From: Lama guanicoe
Lineage: Eukaryota
DNA: 64,000 bases
Direction of reading: 5' to 3'
Assembly: GCA_013239625.1 (NCBI GenBank)
Contig: MU053934.1
Coordinates: 5,164,399-5,228,398, forward strand
The notes below the pieces were generated by a model. That model ran no database searches. It saw only the letters and a list, made by a program, of their open reading frames with translations, and was not told the DNA's origin. The number at the start of each line of letters is the position of its first letter. The stretch's first letter is position 1. Positions 24,501 through 38,201 of this stretch are shown here, piece by piece. Both the position numbers and the translations under genes were made by a program.

Positions 24501-26389
24501 GTGTTGTGAGGTGTGGGCAGTGAAAGAGAGTGCTCAGTGATAAGAGTGTGGAAGTAATAGGGCATAGTTTATTCTTTTAAGAATTTGCATAGTAATGGGA
24601 AGGAAAAAAAACAGGAGGATATTTGGAGAGAATCATAAGGCCAAAAATAATTTTGCAGAATAGAAGAGATTATAAAATACTTGTAGATTGAGGGAATGGA
24701 TTTACTGGAAAGGGAGAAAGAAGGGTTCCTTAGATCTCAGAGGAGGCAGTGTAGTGTAGGTCATGAGTTTAGAAACAAGTGATGAGGTTAGCCTTGCAGA
24801 GCAGCCGACAGGGGGTGGGGGGGTGGGGGGGTGGAATGTGTGAAGACGCAGGTTTATAATATAGCCACGAGAGAAAAAATAAGGAGCTTTGTGTGGGATA
24901 GGCTCACAAGGTAATCTTAGGCATTGTCACCTTCGGAAAGAATGGACCAGAGAGGATGTCTAGTGGGTGGACTTGGATTCTTTGAGGAGAGGAGAAAATG
25001 TACAAGGTAAGTGAATGAGGAATGCGGTGTAGTAGGTCAGTCATTCAACCCAGCGCTTAGCACCTAGAAGGCATTCGGAAGTTACATGGAATGAATGAAT
25101 GAGCCGCAGGAAGGGCTGTGTTAAGAGTGGGATACACAGACAAGGTTACTTTGTTCCCTCCTGGGCTCACCAGCAGGGGTGAACAATGGATCACAGCTGC
25201 TTGCTAAGCCTTGCAGAGTAAATGGGAAGGAACACCTGGAAGGGAGGAGGAGGAAGGGCTAGGAAGGAGATAGCAGAAAATGCTTCCTAAAAAGTAACCT
25301 TTGAACCAGTCTTTGAAGGTTAAGTACAAGTTCACCAGAAAGACAGGATGAAGAACAGCCTTCCAGGCAGAGGCACTGAAATGTCAGCACTGAGTGGAAG
25401 TTAATTGGTGTAATTTGTAAAGGAACCAGTTTCATAACTTTCTGCAGCTATGCCGTGCACTTCAAAAGCTGAAGAGAAAAAGGTAAGGGATTGGCAAGAC
25501 AGGAATGTCCTAAGAACAAGTTGGTGGTGAGCAAATCTGGGACACTGAGGAGGAAAATCACTGAAATGCCTGTCAGGTGAGGCCCTGAATGGACTCTGAG
25601 GAAAGAACCTCAGACCACAGTACTAGACCTGGCAGCGAAGACTCCTCACAGATTCAGATGGAGGGAGGGAATGGAAGAGGCACTCGTGGTCTGAGTCGGA
25701 GTGCAGAGTTCATAGACCTAAGTGTGGAGCAGGGCAGATGGGTGGCAAGGCCCAGCCTTGGGTCCTGCCCATTTCCTGATTGAAGTAGGAAGGAGATGGA
25801 GCGCCTGTCTCGGTAGGTCTAGAGCATCTGTTCCCTTAGACAGAGTAAATGCCCTTTCTCCCTTAAGTTGTTTCATTGCATTCTCACACTGTGTTGTAAT
25901 TGCCTAGGTTTTGTTGTTTTGTTTTTGTTTTTTGTCTTTCCCACTAATCTGTAAGTTTTTCGAGGCCAAAGGCTGTTCTTTTCACCATTATCTCAGCACA
26001 GCACCTAGCATGGAATATGTGCTCAATAAATATTTGTTGAACAAATGAATGATAGTGGGAGGAAGGTGAAGATGTGGTGTAAATTTTATGAATAAAAATA
26101 TTGAAACTCCTGAAAATGAGGTCAAGGGGAAGGAGTGGTGGAGATCATCAAATTAAGTCCAGAGTGTTTAAGAAATTTGTAGAAGAAAGAAAGATGTGAA
26201 GGGCCTGGAAGCGGATTTGAGAAAAACAGGACGTGGCAATAAGGAGCAGTGATCTTTTTGGACTGTTTTTATTGCCTTCTGAGGTGATGGAGAGTGAGAA
26301 AAATTGTGAGCCCTAGTGAAGGAGGTAGTATCTTCTGGGGAGAAGCATTTTAATTAGTACTTAAAAGAATGAGTAGGAGTGTGAAGTGT

Positions 26390-27050
26390 ATGTGTGGCAG
26401 GAGACCGGGCCTTCACGGCAGAAAGGAACATTATGTGTAAAGTCACAGAGAGGTGAGGAGTTGGTGTGGGCTCCGCCAGGTGTTCAGAATGGGTGAGTGA
26501 GGCAGGGACAGATGAAAAAAGATCACTTAGGTAGATGAACTGAACTGTAATCACTCAAGATAGGTGATAAGGCACCACTGAAGCATTTCAGGGAGAGTGA
26601 CGTGATCGTATTTGCATTTTACGAAGTCCATTTGATGGAAGTGGTTTGGAGGATGAACTGAAGGGAGATAGGATCCAGAAGCACGAAGACCAGTGAGAAG
26701 GCTTTTGTTGTAGTAAGATTTGGAGAAGCTGGCTTTACAGGTGATAAAGAACAGGTGCTGTTTAAGAGGTAGGAGCCACTGTATGTACTTGGTGATAAAT
26801 AGAATGTGGGGTCAAGGAAGGAATGTGGAGAATTTTGTAGGATTATAGGTTTCCTATTTGAGTATCTTAGTACATGATATAACAGAGATAGGGGATATAA
26901 AAAGGAGAAGAAATTTAAAGACAAAGTTGATGCTTCATTTTGGACCTATTGGGCCACCCAAGTGGAGAAGACTAGTATGCAAAATATGGGGGCTGGAGTT
27001 AAAGATTCAAAAGCCAGTAAAGGGGAGGTTGTTGAAGCTGTGGGCTTTTT
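26390..27050 (-). mobile_element. L2 fragment
   Basis: CCACTGAAGCATTTCAGGGAGAGTGACGTGATCGTATTTGCATTTT...GTGGTTTGGAGGATGAACTG. Confidence 0.65.
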
Positions 27051-27092
27051 GATTATTACTTCTCGTCATTGTGCTAATTAGAAATCAGCTAT

Positions 27093-27470
27093 AAGAGAAA
27101 GAAAAATATCATATGATATCATTTATATGTGGAATCTTAAAAAAGAAAAGAAAAGGAGGACTCTAATGAACTTACCTACAAAACAGAAACAGACTCGCAG
27201 ACAGTAAACAATCTTATGGTTACTGGAGAATGGGGCTGGGAAGGGATAAATTTGGGAGTTTGAGATTTGCAAATGTTAACCATTATATATAAAAATAGAT
27301 AAAAACAAATTTCTTCTGTATAGCACAGGGAACTATATTCAGTATCTTGTAATAACCTTTAATGAAAAAAATATGAAAATGAATATATGTATGTATATGC
27401 ATGACTGGGACATTATGCTATACACCAGAAATTGACACATTGTAACTTCAATTAAAAACAAAAGAAAAAA
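27093..27470 (+). mobile_element. 5'-truncated L1 3'UTR (artiodactyl/camelid type)
   Basis: AGAAAGAAAAATATCATATGATATCATTTATATGTGGAATC...CTGTATAGCACAGGGAACTATATTC...ACACCAGAAATTGACAC plus A tail. Confidence 0.88.
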
Positions 27471-28449
27471 ATTGGTTATAGATAAGCTTTTTTTTTTTTT
27501 AAACTAGTAATTAGAGACTAAGTTCACAATTTAGAACTCTTTAATTGGAGAGGATTTTAAAAGATGAAGGATCAAGAAAATTTCTTAATATATGTAAGTG
27601 GGGGAATAGTCATTCTTGTCTTTGAGAAAATGATTTAGGTTTGAGCTTCCAAGGGACTTTACTAAGTTTAAACAGTTTGTCACCTTCTTTTTCTAATTAC
27701 GGCATAACGTTTGTACAGTTAAGTGCATAAAATGCACAGTTCAGTGATTTTTTTTTCACATATGTGTAGTTTCTTGTAACCACAACCAAATCAAGATCAT
27801 CTTAAGCTCCTCATAAAGTTCCTTTTGCAACATTGTAACCCTGGTTTTTCTTCTAGAGGTTTAGATCACTGTAAATTTAGGATGGGAGAATCCTCCCTCT
27901 ACTTGGCAAAGCCTAGTAGGCTGTGGAGTCAGGAAGTCCATAAGAGAAGAATAAAAGTCAAAACCTGGTTTGAATTTCACAGTATGCAGTGTGTGTCTTT
28001 TATTATTCTTGTTTACACTTCCTCCAGTTTCTCCTTTTAATAGAAATAGAGTAAACCTCTTGATTTGTCTGTCCTTTTTGAAACAGCCTCTTAGTTGCAT
28101 CCCATCTTCTCCAGTATTTCTGAGAAATGCAGACTGCAGAGGATTGCTGAGCTGGATAGCCTTTTGTTTTATTTGGGTTGCATTATGGTATGTATCTGCG
28201 TTGCTGCTGTCTGTCTTCCAGATTACTAGGTCCTGTAAGAAATGGATGATATTTTTCTAAGTAGGGAGTAATCCTTAAATGTATCTGTTGATATCTATCT
28301 CCTTGAATACATCTGTTTGACTCTTTAAAAGTATGCCTTTTGGGGGAGTTTTCATAGAACTGATAGTCCCAGTTTGTGGAGGTAGTTCTATACCTGTCAT
28401 TTATCATCCTTTATTGGTCAGTAAATTACCTGGAATAGTAAAATGCTTT

Positions 28450-29410
28450 TTTCTTCCTTTGAAAATTTGTATTGAGAAATAAGCCATATATATAAAAGAG
28501 AAAAAAAAGAATTAAAAGAATAATTATAAAACAAACACTCATATACCAACTACACAGGCCAAGGAATAGAACCTGTCTGTACCCCAAGACCCACCATATG
28601 CCCATTGTGAGTGAGTTCCCTCCTTGACTCCCTGTGATATTCATTAGCCTCAGTTTTGTAATGGTCAGTCCCTTTTCTTCATAGTTTTATAAACCATAAA
28701 GTTTCATGTATGTCTATAAATGTATACGTTTCAATTCTGTACTAATGGATTCATACTATATATGTATTCTTTTGTGAGTTGCTTCTTTCATCCAGTATTG
28801 CGCTTTTGTAGCTCATTCAGCTTGAGGTGTGTTGCTGTAGTACATTCATTTCCACGTAGTATAAGATTCTGTTGTCGTAAACACCACAGCCTATTTTTCT
28901 GTTTTACTGTTGTTATGTATTTTTTTTTCTCCTACTGAAAATTTTTTTTATATATGGGCAAAAGTTTCTCTAGGGTATATATATACCTAGAAGAGCAAAC
29001 AATGGTTTGTACAGTAAATACATAGTCAAGTATACTAGATGATGGCAGACTTTTAAAAAGTTGTACCAGTTTTCCATCCCACCGGGAGTGGCTGAGTTAC
29101 TGTTGCTCTGCACTCTTGGCAACATTTGGTATTGCCCACCTTTCTCATTTTAGCCAGCCTGGTTGTTATGAAATGGTATCTCTGTGGTTTTAATTTGCAT
29201 TTTGATATGAGATTGAACATCTTTGCATGTTTAAGGCTGTTTACGTGTCCTCTTCAGTGAAACTCCTACTCAGTTATTTTGTAAATTTTTTTAGTTGATA
29301 GGTTGTCTTTTTTTTTTATTGATTCATAGCAATTCTTTATTATATTCTGAATGCTAATCTTTTGTCACAGTTATGAGCTGCAAATCAGCATGCTTCCTTT
29401 TTCACTCTGT
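28450..29410 (-). mobile_element. Old L1ME-like fragment
   Basis: T-rich antisense ORF2/3' text, e.g. GAAATGGTATCTCTGTGGTTTTAATTTGCATTT. Confidence 0.7.
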
Positions 29411-29593
29411 AAGTGTGGTCACCCAAGGAGAGATGCCATAAGTGAACCTGGAGTGTGAAAACCATTGGCTCAGGCTTCTGTCCTAGGCACTATAGTGACA
29501 TGCCTTGTGGTTCTGCAGCGCAGGCCCTGGCACTTTGGAGTGACTTGCATCTTAGTTACTGACTCTGCTGACCTGTGATGCTTGCCTTTGCAG

Positions 29594-29661
29594 GTGGAAC
29601 AGGAGGATTTTGTAATGGAAGGGCATGGCAAGACTCCACCTCCTGGTGAAGAAAGCAAACA
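29594..29661 (+). CDS. TNRC6B: TNRC6B alternative N-terminus, coding exon B: VEQEDFVMEGHGKTPPPGEESK(Q) (68 nt, ends phase 2)
   Basis: Branch-like CTGAC near 29568, acceptor cttgcctttgCAG|G, donor ACA|GTGAGT; open frame continuous with 5643-5687. Confidence 0.92.
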
Positions 29662-31854
29662 GTGAGTCACAGTTTATTTAAAAAGGGTCTTATTACAGAT
29701 CTTAGAAGCACTTTGGTTAAACATGCTGAGAGCATGTTTGCAGAGGATGTATATGTTGGGCACATTGTGGAGCTGACAAGTTGCTTTGGTGGCTGTTAAT
29801 GCATTGCTTCTATTTATAGACAAACTAACTGGAGAGACAAGAAAGTTGGCTTTGTAGTTTTTCACACTCGACTAATCAAAATTTATGTTACGCTTTAGCA
29901 GAGGCTTTAAGGCTTAGGATGTTCCAAATTGAACTAATTCAGTCTGGTTGATTTCCAAAGAAAGTATAAAACGGTAATTCCTTTTCTTAGCAATGTCTTT
30001 ATGAAGTAAACTAAATTAATAGACTGTTTATATGCATTCCAAGTGTGAATTTATTTGAATAGTACTTCCTAAAATTCTGTTTCATTTAGTTATTTATACT
30101 TCTGATCTTTGTTTAAATACAAATTGTTTCCCTAAAGGAATAGGAATTATAAATACTATAACTTATACAACATTCTAAATAATTCAGGATCTCTCCCCTG
30201 ATTCTTAAAAAGTGATAAGTTTCCAACCTGAAACTGAGAGTCCTCTGGGTAGCTTTTTGGTGGCAATGAGTAGATTTTTTCCTCCCTCTGTCACAGAACT
30301 TGAAAAATTATGTTGCAGAGCAGACTGGTGTTTCATATGCCCTTTTAAAGGAAAAACAGTTAAGAGTGGCTTAAAGTACTGACATAACTACTATTTTTTT
30401 TATTCAGACAGTAGTCTTCTAAGTTGACTGGGACAGTGATTCATGGAATTTACTGAAAATCTGTAGAGAAACTCTTTTCTCTCATCCTTTTTTTCCACCT
30501 TGAAAATAATTCAGTTTTGGTCTGTCTTATAAAAATTATGTCTCCAAAACCCTTAGGAATGAATTATGCAGAATATGCTATGCTGCCACGAGGCCAGGTT
30601 CATTAAAGGAGAATGTTTGTCTTGTATTTGTTGTGAATGGAAACCAGGATATTTTCACAGCTGGTTTAATTTGCTAACCAGGCAGTTTTAAAAATAGCTT
30701 ACAATATAAATTCTAACTTTGCTGTGTTCTGTCAAATGCACTTATATTCTGCCTGGGCAGATGGAATCAATTAATCTTTAGCAAATTAGAATGCCAAACA
30801 TCTAGTCCCAGTAGAATTACAGGAACATTTCAGGTGCCCTGCTCCCTGCCTAGTCCCTTAACCCTACACTCCGATCAAAGGTATTATAATATAAAAATCA
30901 TAGCTCCCATTTGATGAGGCTTTTCTGTACACAGAGTACTTTGCTTAATGCTTTATATGTTATTTCCATCCCTTACAGCTTCTCCTGTCTGTTCAAATAT
31001 TGGAGTAGGTAACTTGCCCATGGTAATGCAGTTTGAAATGGAAGTTAGGATTTGAACCTGGATCTTTCTGACTTTAAAGTGTTTAATAATATCTCTCGAA
31101 CCGAAATCCTTTGCCAACCTTGGGAGCTATGTTCCTGAAAAGTATTATGGTTAGCAAAACTGCAGCTGTTAAGATCAAAGTCTCATGGATAAGAGTGAAT
31201 TGGGGGAAACAATGATAATGACATCAAGCCTGTTTTTAAAACACAGATGAAGATTCTATTCTCTGGAGGGTATTCATTTCACAAACAAACCTGTCTTTAT
31301 CTTTAAAAACCTGCTCCAGTAACCCCTGTCCTGAATCAGCTTCTTTAGGTATTCAGGAAGCATTGCTGGGGCAGATTCTCCCACAAGTTTTGTGTTATAC
31401 AAACTCTACTTCTTTCAGAGAGCTTCAAACAGCCCTGGCGGGCTTGAGACAGGTGTCACGGGTTGTATCCTTACCATTCTCCCTTGATTGTTTTGTTTTC
31501 ACAAATCTCTGCCTTTTCACAGATGAATCTTGTTTTGCTTTGTTTTCCTGAGCTTGGTCTGCTATCATATATTGAAATGGTAAAGCAGAAGTGAATCTTC
31601 TTGCTAGGCCCTCCTCTGATAGACCTGCCTACCTCTTCTGTGGGAGTGGGGAGCAAAGATGCTGTGTTCTTTTGTTTAAGACAACAGAAATAAAAAGATT
31701 GAAAAATTTTATTTTTTATTTTTTGTGTCTCAACTGCTGTTAGCAAAGGATGATCAAATCCTGGATAGTAGGATATAGGAACTAAATACTATATTCTAGA
31801 TACTGAGAGTGACATACTTCTGAATAACTTATGAAATTCCCATCTATTCTGTTA

Positions 31855-33000
31855 TTTTTTTTAATTATAAAAGTAATACATGGTTGTCATAAAACATTTA
31901 AACAGTAAGTGTGGATTTAGAAATAAAAATGAGACTTTTTTCCCCCTCCTTCCCCTCCTAATCTTAAACATTTTCTGTATTTATTTTAAAAACAACCAGA
32001 TTTTTTTCTAACATAATTCTTCTGAGACTTCCTTTTTTAATCTAACATCTTTATAATCTATTTCATTTTTTTTAAAGTTTTTTTTTTTTTTTTGCGGGGG
32101 GTAATTAGATTTATTTATTTATTTTTAGAGGAGGTACTGGGGATTGAACCCAGGACCTCATGCATGCTAAGCATGTGCTATGCCACTTGAGCTATACCCT
32201 CCCCTGTTCATTCTTTTAAATATATGCAAAGCATTCTCTTGAACTGATATACTATAGTCATTCTTCTCCAATAAATATTTTGGTGGCCTCCACTTATTTG
32301 ATTATTACAAATAATACTTTATTGAACATTCTCATTCTTTATGCATAGTTGTATTTCTGTAGAATAGATTTCTAGATATGGAGCTATTTGGCTCATGGGC
32401 ATGTATTTTTTTAATAAGGAGGTAGCTGCTATCAAAGTTCCTTTCAAAAGATTTCATTTCCATCAACAGTGAATGAGAGTGCCCATTCCTCCACACCATT
32501 GATGACAGTAAAATTATTTATCTTTGAATTTTTGCCACTCTAATATTTTATTGTTTTAATTTATACTTCTGCTTACTAATAAATGTAATATCTTTTGCTA
32601 GTTTATTGGCCATTGATTTTTATTTCATGTATCACCTCTTTATATATTATTTCATTTTGATTGGATTATTTGTTTTGATAGCTTTGTAGGAGACTTATAA
32701 AGTATAGGTGTTAACCTGTCTTTTGAGATGTTTTAAATATTTCCACCCAGGCTGTATGTTTTAACATGGGGGTATCTGTCATACTAATAAACCATTTAAA
32801 TTTTTATGTTGTAAAATCAGCCTCTATGGCGTCTGTGTTTTGTGCTTGCCTAGAGAAGTCTTTCCTACCCTAACATGATGGAATACCATTAGTTTTTCTG
32901 CTTTATTTTTCACACTTAGACCTTTAATTGAACTGATACTCATTTTTGTGTACGGTGTGAGGTAGAGATCTAACTTAATTTTTTTCTAAATTGGTTTCCA
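31855..33000 (-). mobile_element. Old L1ME-like fragment (contains the SINE at 32077)
   Basis: CATCAACAGTGAATGAGAGTGCCCATTCCTCCACA; TTTTTGTGTACGGTGTGAGGTAGAGATCTAAC. Confidence 0.7.
32077..32205 (-). mobile_element. tRNA-derived SINE (Vic-1-like)
   Basis: Reverse complement of the same SINE with poly-T; degenerate TSD TTCATT(T/C)TTTTAAA on both sides. Confidence 0.92.
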
Positions 33001-34064
33001 ACATGGCTCTCACCCCTTGGTATTAGCTTGTATGAAGAGCCTATTTCACTTATGAAGGTGGATGGTGCACAGAGGTTATATAACTTGCTCAAGGTCACAG
33101 AGCAAATTCTAGTAAGGCTTAGGTCTAAAATTTATTCTGTTAGCTGATCTGTGCCACTTTCTTTATTTCTTCATTTAACATTTTTACCATAGGTTCTAGA
33201 AGTCTTGAAAATTTTATTTTATTTCTGTGCTGTTTATTTTAATGGAATAAATTCTACCAACAGGCATATTAAGGTAGATATGCATTTAGAAAGCTTTCTT
33301 GAAAAATAATTGACTTGATTTTGAGAAGTATTTGTGCTAAACTGTTAATATTTAGATCAGTGATGCTGATTTCTGATGTGTGTGTGGATAAGTTTTAGTA
33401 GAGTATATAGCTTTAAACATTTGTCTGTGTATATATTGTCTCAATATTGTTGCTTTTTAATGAAATTTATTTTCTGTTAGTTTATCTAATATAATCATTT
33501 TTCAGAGGATATTCATCTTATGAGCTATTAGAGCAAATCAGACAAGCTGCGTTTATTGCCAAATAATTACTATGCTAAACTCACCCAGTATTAATCACAT
33601 GGTATGTTTGACACAGGGGTAAATATAAAACTACTACAGCTTTTCAAAATACAGCATGAACAGATACTTGCTCATAGATCATGTTTGATCATGCTTATTG
33701 AAAGCTCATTTCAGATAAAATATTTCTACCCAGGCAGGATTTTGACTTGGTTTTATTTATGTGATAGTATAGATATTTGTGGGCGTATCATTCCTTATAA
33801 ATTATTTTGAAGTTAAATATCAGTTTTGGTATATTAATTAGAGGAGTTTGGCCTCTTTTTCATTTCTTCCTTTTTAAAAAAATTTTATATAGCTTATAAA
33901 CAAGTCTGAGCTTTAAATTTCCATGAAATTCACTCATATTCTCAAAAGATATTTGTCTTTAACCTACTTAAGTAAATTCAATTTTTCTAGTATATTTTTG
34001 ATAATTGAATTTTCTTAATTCTTTTGGTTCATTTTATGGAAAGATCATCATTAAAAACAATCTT

Positions 34065-34560
34065 TCAAAGTAGGATCTCGAAGAGATATTTGCACACGCA
34101 TATTCATTGCAGCATTCACAATAGCCAAGAGGTAGAAGCAACCCAAATGTCCATAAACAGATAAATAGATAAAGAAAATGTGGTACATACATACAATGGA
34201 ATATTATGAAGCCTTAAAAGAGAAGGAAATCCTGTCATGTGCTGCAACATGGATGGACCTAAAGGATGGTATGCTAAGCAAAATGAGCCAGTCACAAAGG
34301 ACAAATACTGCATGATTCTGTCCATATGAAGTATCTAATATAGTCAAAATAAAAGAAATAAAAAGTAGAGAGGTGGTTGCCATGGGCTATGAGGAGAGAG
34401 GTAAGGAAATTAGTATTTAATGGGTATAGAGTTCAAGATGAGAAAGTTCTAGTGATCTGTTGCAAAGCAAAGCAAATATACTTAACACTCCTCAACTTTA
34501 TACTTAAAAATGGTTAAGATGTTAAATTTAATTTTTTTTAACCACAATAAAAAAATAGCA
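34065..34560 (+). mobile_element. L1MA/MB-like 3' end
   Basis: GGATCTCGAAGAGATATTTGCACAC...TTAAAAATGGTTAAGATG...ACCACAATAAAAAA. Confidence 0.88.
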
Positions 34561-37469
34561 ACCAAACTGAAATACACTTTGAATATAAAAAGTAGCCTGG
34601 ATTTCAAAGACTTAGTATGAAAAAAAAAGTAAAATTAATAACTTTTATATTGATTTTATATTGAAGTGATTATCTTTTCTACGTGTTGTGCTCAGAACCA
34701 TTTAAAAATTTTAAAAACCAAAAAAACTCATTTAATAATGTGTTTTATAGAGAATATCCCACTTTTAGGGGTTGTTGATGTAACTAATAGTGTCAATTTC
34801 TATATTTCTACTCTCATGGAGTGTTATCTTTTTTGATTTTCCTTTCTAAGAGAGAATCTATTCTTGCATGGGAACGCTGTAAGGAAACTGAAGTGCTAAA
34901 GACAGTTTTATATTGATTCAGAGAGAAGAATGTAATTTATGGAGTCAACACTACCTTTTATACTCCAGCGTGGTGTAATATGGTTTTCTGCTTGAGGTGC
35001 TGTTTTTTAAATGTCTTAACTCCAATGTCTTGATTAAATTCTCTTCTTACTAATTACATTCTTCCCAACTTAAATGTCTAGTTATAAAATACCCTTTTGA
35101 TTTTTTTCAATTATTAATTATACAGACCTTTTAGAAGTTCTGACAGTTTGTCTTCACCTTATCTTTATTACTGCTGCTCCTCTTACTCCGTGACCTACAG
35201 CTCTCTCTTCCTCACATTCATCTTATACTGCAGTGCTACTTCTAAAAGTTTATTCTTTTTTTAAAAATCTGATGAATTTTGTTTTTTATTGTATCACATA
35301 GCAAAAGTCTATTCTTGCCAATTCTCTAAGGATTCCTTTTATTAAAATAGACCTTGTTCTATATTTGCCCACCCAAATTTAACACTAAGATCTTCAGGAA
35401 CCTTTCTTTTGGTGTTAATTTGAAAGCTTTGGGAAGCCCTATGGCATTTCCTAAATACAGAAAAAATTTCCAAATCACTCATTTTATAGATAATTATCTT
35501 TAAAACACAAACCTTAGTATTTGGCCACAGGAAAGAGTTTTTTGGTTTGATTTTAACATTTGATTTTCTGTTTTCTACCAGTTTTTTTTTTTCCTTTGGA
35601 CCATTAAAATATGTACTTGGTGAAGATAAACTTATTAAGTACCAAACTGAACCCTTTGTAAAGTCAATCATTATTACACAGCAGTAAGCTGGTCATCAGA
35701 AAAATAGTCAGATTCCTATATAATCTTTTCAGATTGTTTTTGGTAGAAAGGAAATGAGTTTTAATTTCAAGTTTATTGATATTTTGAAAATGCCACAAAG
35801 AGGTTCAATAGATAGTTATGCTCATGGAATTTTTGCTGCTGGGAATTTTAGTATAACCATAAACATTTTGTACTGTCTTTGGGAAACTCTCAGTTGCTAA
35901 TAAACTTTTCAATTTGCCTTGAAGTTACTTAAAAAAATTAATTCTCTGAAAATGTCTTTAAGTTCTGAATTCTGTTTTATGAGGTTTTTCTTGAATGTCT
36001 GGGTCATTGATTAGTTACAGTAAGAATAACTTCAGGAGAAATGTGTTTCATAATTGAAAATGCCTGCAAACTGTGGTTTGCTACTACTTACAGGTTAATA
36101 TGGTGACTTCAAACAGCAATGAACAGGGTAGATCATGAAGCTCTCAGAAAACTGCAGTTAATTTAATAAAAGTCTTATTTATTTAGCTTATATTTTACTT
36201 ACAGACAAATAGTATGCCTTTATGGAAAAACATTACTTGAATGGCAAGATGTATTTGCCCAGTTCCTTGAAATTGGTGTTTTAAAGCAGCTCTTTTGGAA
36301 ATGTTACTATTACCGTGTAGTTGTAAAATGTTTCAGAATACATAGCATTATGTAAATATAGATAAAGACATGCATGTTCAGCTGCAGGAATCTCCAGTGG
36401 TGTCAGGAGGAGAAGGTAGTGTTTATTTCCCCCAAATTTTATGATTGCTAGAGGGTATGGATGTAAGTTCTGCCCTGAGCACTCTGCCTTTCCCTTCCCG
36501 CTAGGAATCTCTGTGAACTAAGTTTGGGCAGGAGAAGGGGAGACTGTAGTAAGGAAAGAGGAGGCACACAATGATGGCAGGCAGTGAAAGGTCAGGTTCA
36601 GGCTTTATGCTCCGTCTTTAGCTCTGCAAGAACAGACTTTTGCCAGCTTGGTCACTGTAGGTTGCACCAGAAAGAGTCAATAAATATATATTGATTAAAT
36701 GAAGATGTCACTGAGCTCCCACAGACTGTTAAGAATTCCTGTTCTACACACTCACTTTGAAAATCTGAGGTAGAATGATTAAAAATCCTAACTCCATAAT
36801 ATTTTATTTGTTACTAGCAGAAGAAAAGTAAATTGATAAGCTGTCATTTTTGACTTTATATTCAGGCTTTCTTAAATATTTTCCAACAGACCCAATTTTA
36901 TTACGATTCTTCTCTTTAAGTGTCCCTACCTGTAAGCAAGTTGATTATTGGGTTTTTTGGGGGGAAAAAAGCTTTTCTATCCAAGTTTGAACTTTTCTTT
37001 GCTTCTGAGGGCCTCCATAAGATGCCTTTAGCCTGCTTATGCATATTTTCTCTGCTTTTTAAAAGATCTTCCTCTGCCTGCCCAGTCTCTCCTTAAGGTT
37101 TTCTATGCATAGCTGGTTTCCTTCCCCCTTATATGCCTTTGTTCAGGCAGAGAGACCCAGAGACCCTTCTTTCTGACCAGGAGCAAATATAGGTTTTGTG
37201 GGAGTGCCCTTTAAGAAAAAGAAAATTAATTTCAAATACAAATTAGGTACAAAAGTGAATATTTATTTACAATGAGGAAAGAAATAACAAAAATGACAGT
37301 TTTAAACAAATTGACAAATGCAAAATTCAGAAAATAACATAACATTTATATTTATTTGTATTAATATTTGCCTGACACATTGCTGTGAAAATTTTTCCTA
37401 ATATTTTTTGTCTGCTTACTCTTTGATTGCCCCTTCATATTACAATAATTCTGTGATATTTTATTTATT

Positions 37470-37529
37470 TTGTGTTTTTTGTTTGTTTTTTTTGTTTTTT
37501 AGGGGGGAGGTAATTAGGGTTTTTTAAAT

Positions 37530-37574
<45 letters not shown>

Positions 37575-37651
37575 ATGGAGGTACTGGGGATTGAACCCAG
37601 GACCTCATGCATGCTAGTCATGCACTCTACTACTGACTATACCCTCCCCCC
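37470..37651 (-). mobile_element. tRNA-derived SINE (Vic-1-like) with expanded (TTTA)n
   Basis: GGAGGTACTGGGGATTGAACCCAGGACCTCATGCATGC...CTATACCCTCCCC; (TTTA)n at about 37528-37572. Confidence 0.92.
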
Positions 37652-38201
37652 TGTTTTTTTTTTTTTTATTATTGATAGATTAGAAAAGTTCCTTTCAGCC
37701 TCACAACTTGTTATAGTTATGTCATATAAATTTGTAAGATTCTTACCAACTTTGAGAGGACCTCTAGCCAAATGTCTTTTATATATGAGCTATAAGATTG
37801 CAAGGCTTCATTTTTTCTTGTGTGTTGACTACCATGAAATGCTCTTTGAATTCACACATTTATATCATGGTATGATCTGGCCTGCACATTTCTGTCATTG
37901 TGCATACTGAGTTGGCACAGTAACATCTTTGTACACAAGGCAGTTACCAATAACTCAGCCATACACGGAAGTGGCTGAGAACCATGTTCATATATTCCAG
38001 TAAGCCCCAAATAAATGTACCAAATTAGCTTTCCCTTTAGGAATCCCAGAGTACCTACAGTGACTCTAACTCTATTGACAAGTGGAATCATGGTGGGGGA
38101 AAGCTGAAATGGTAAGAGTCTGTGGTTTTGATAATCTGTGTTAAGACTGTGATGAAACTATATTATTTTTTTTCACATTTTATAAAAATAATTGGTCATT
38201 T

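Noticed and set aside
31523..31579. Possible cryptic exon after a strong acceptor (gccttttcacAG)
   Set aside because: The nearest donor, ATG|GTAAAG, is weak and there is no other support.
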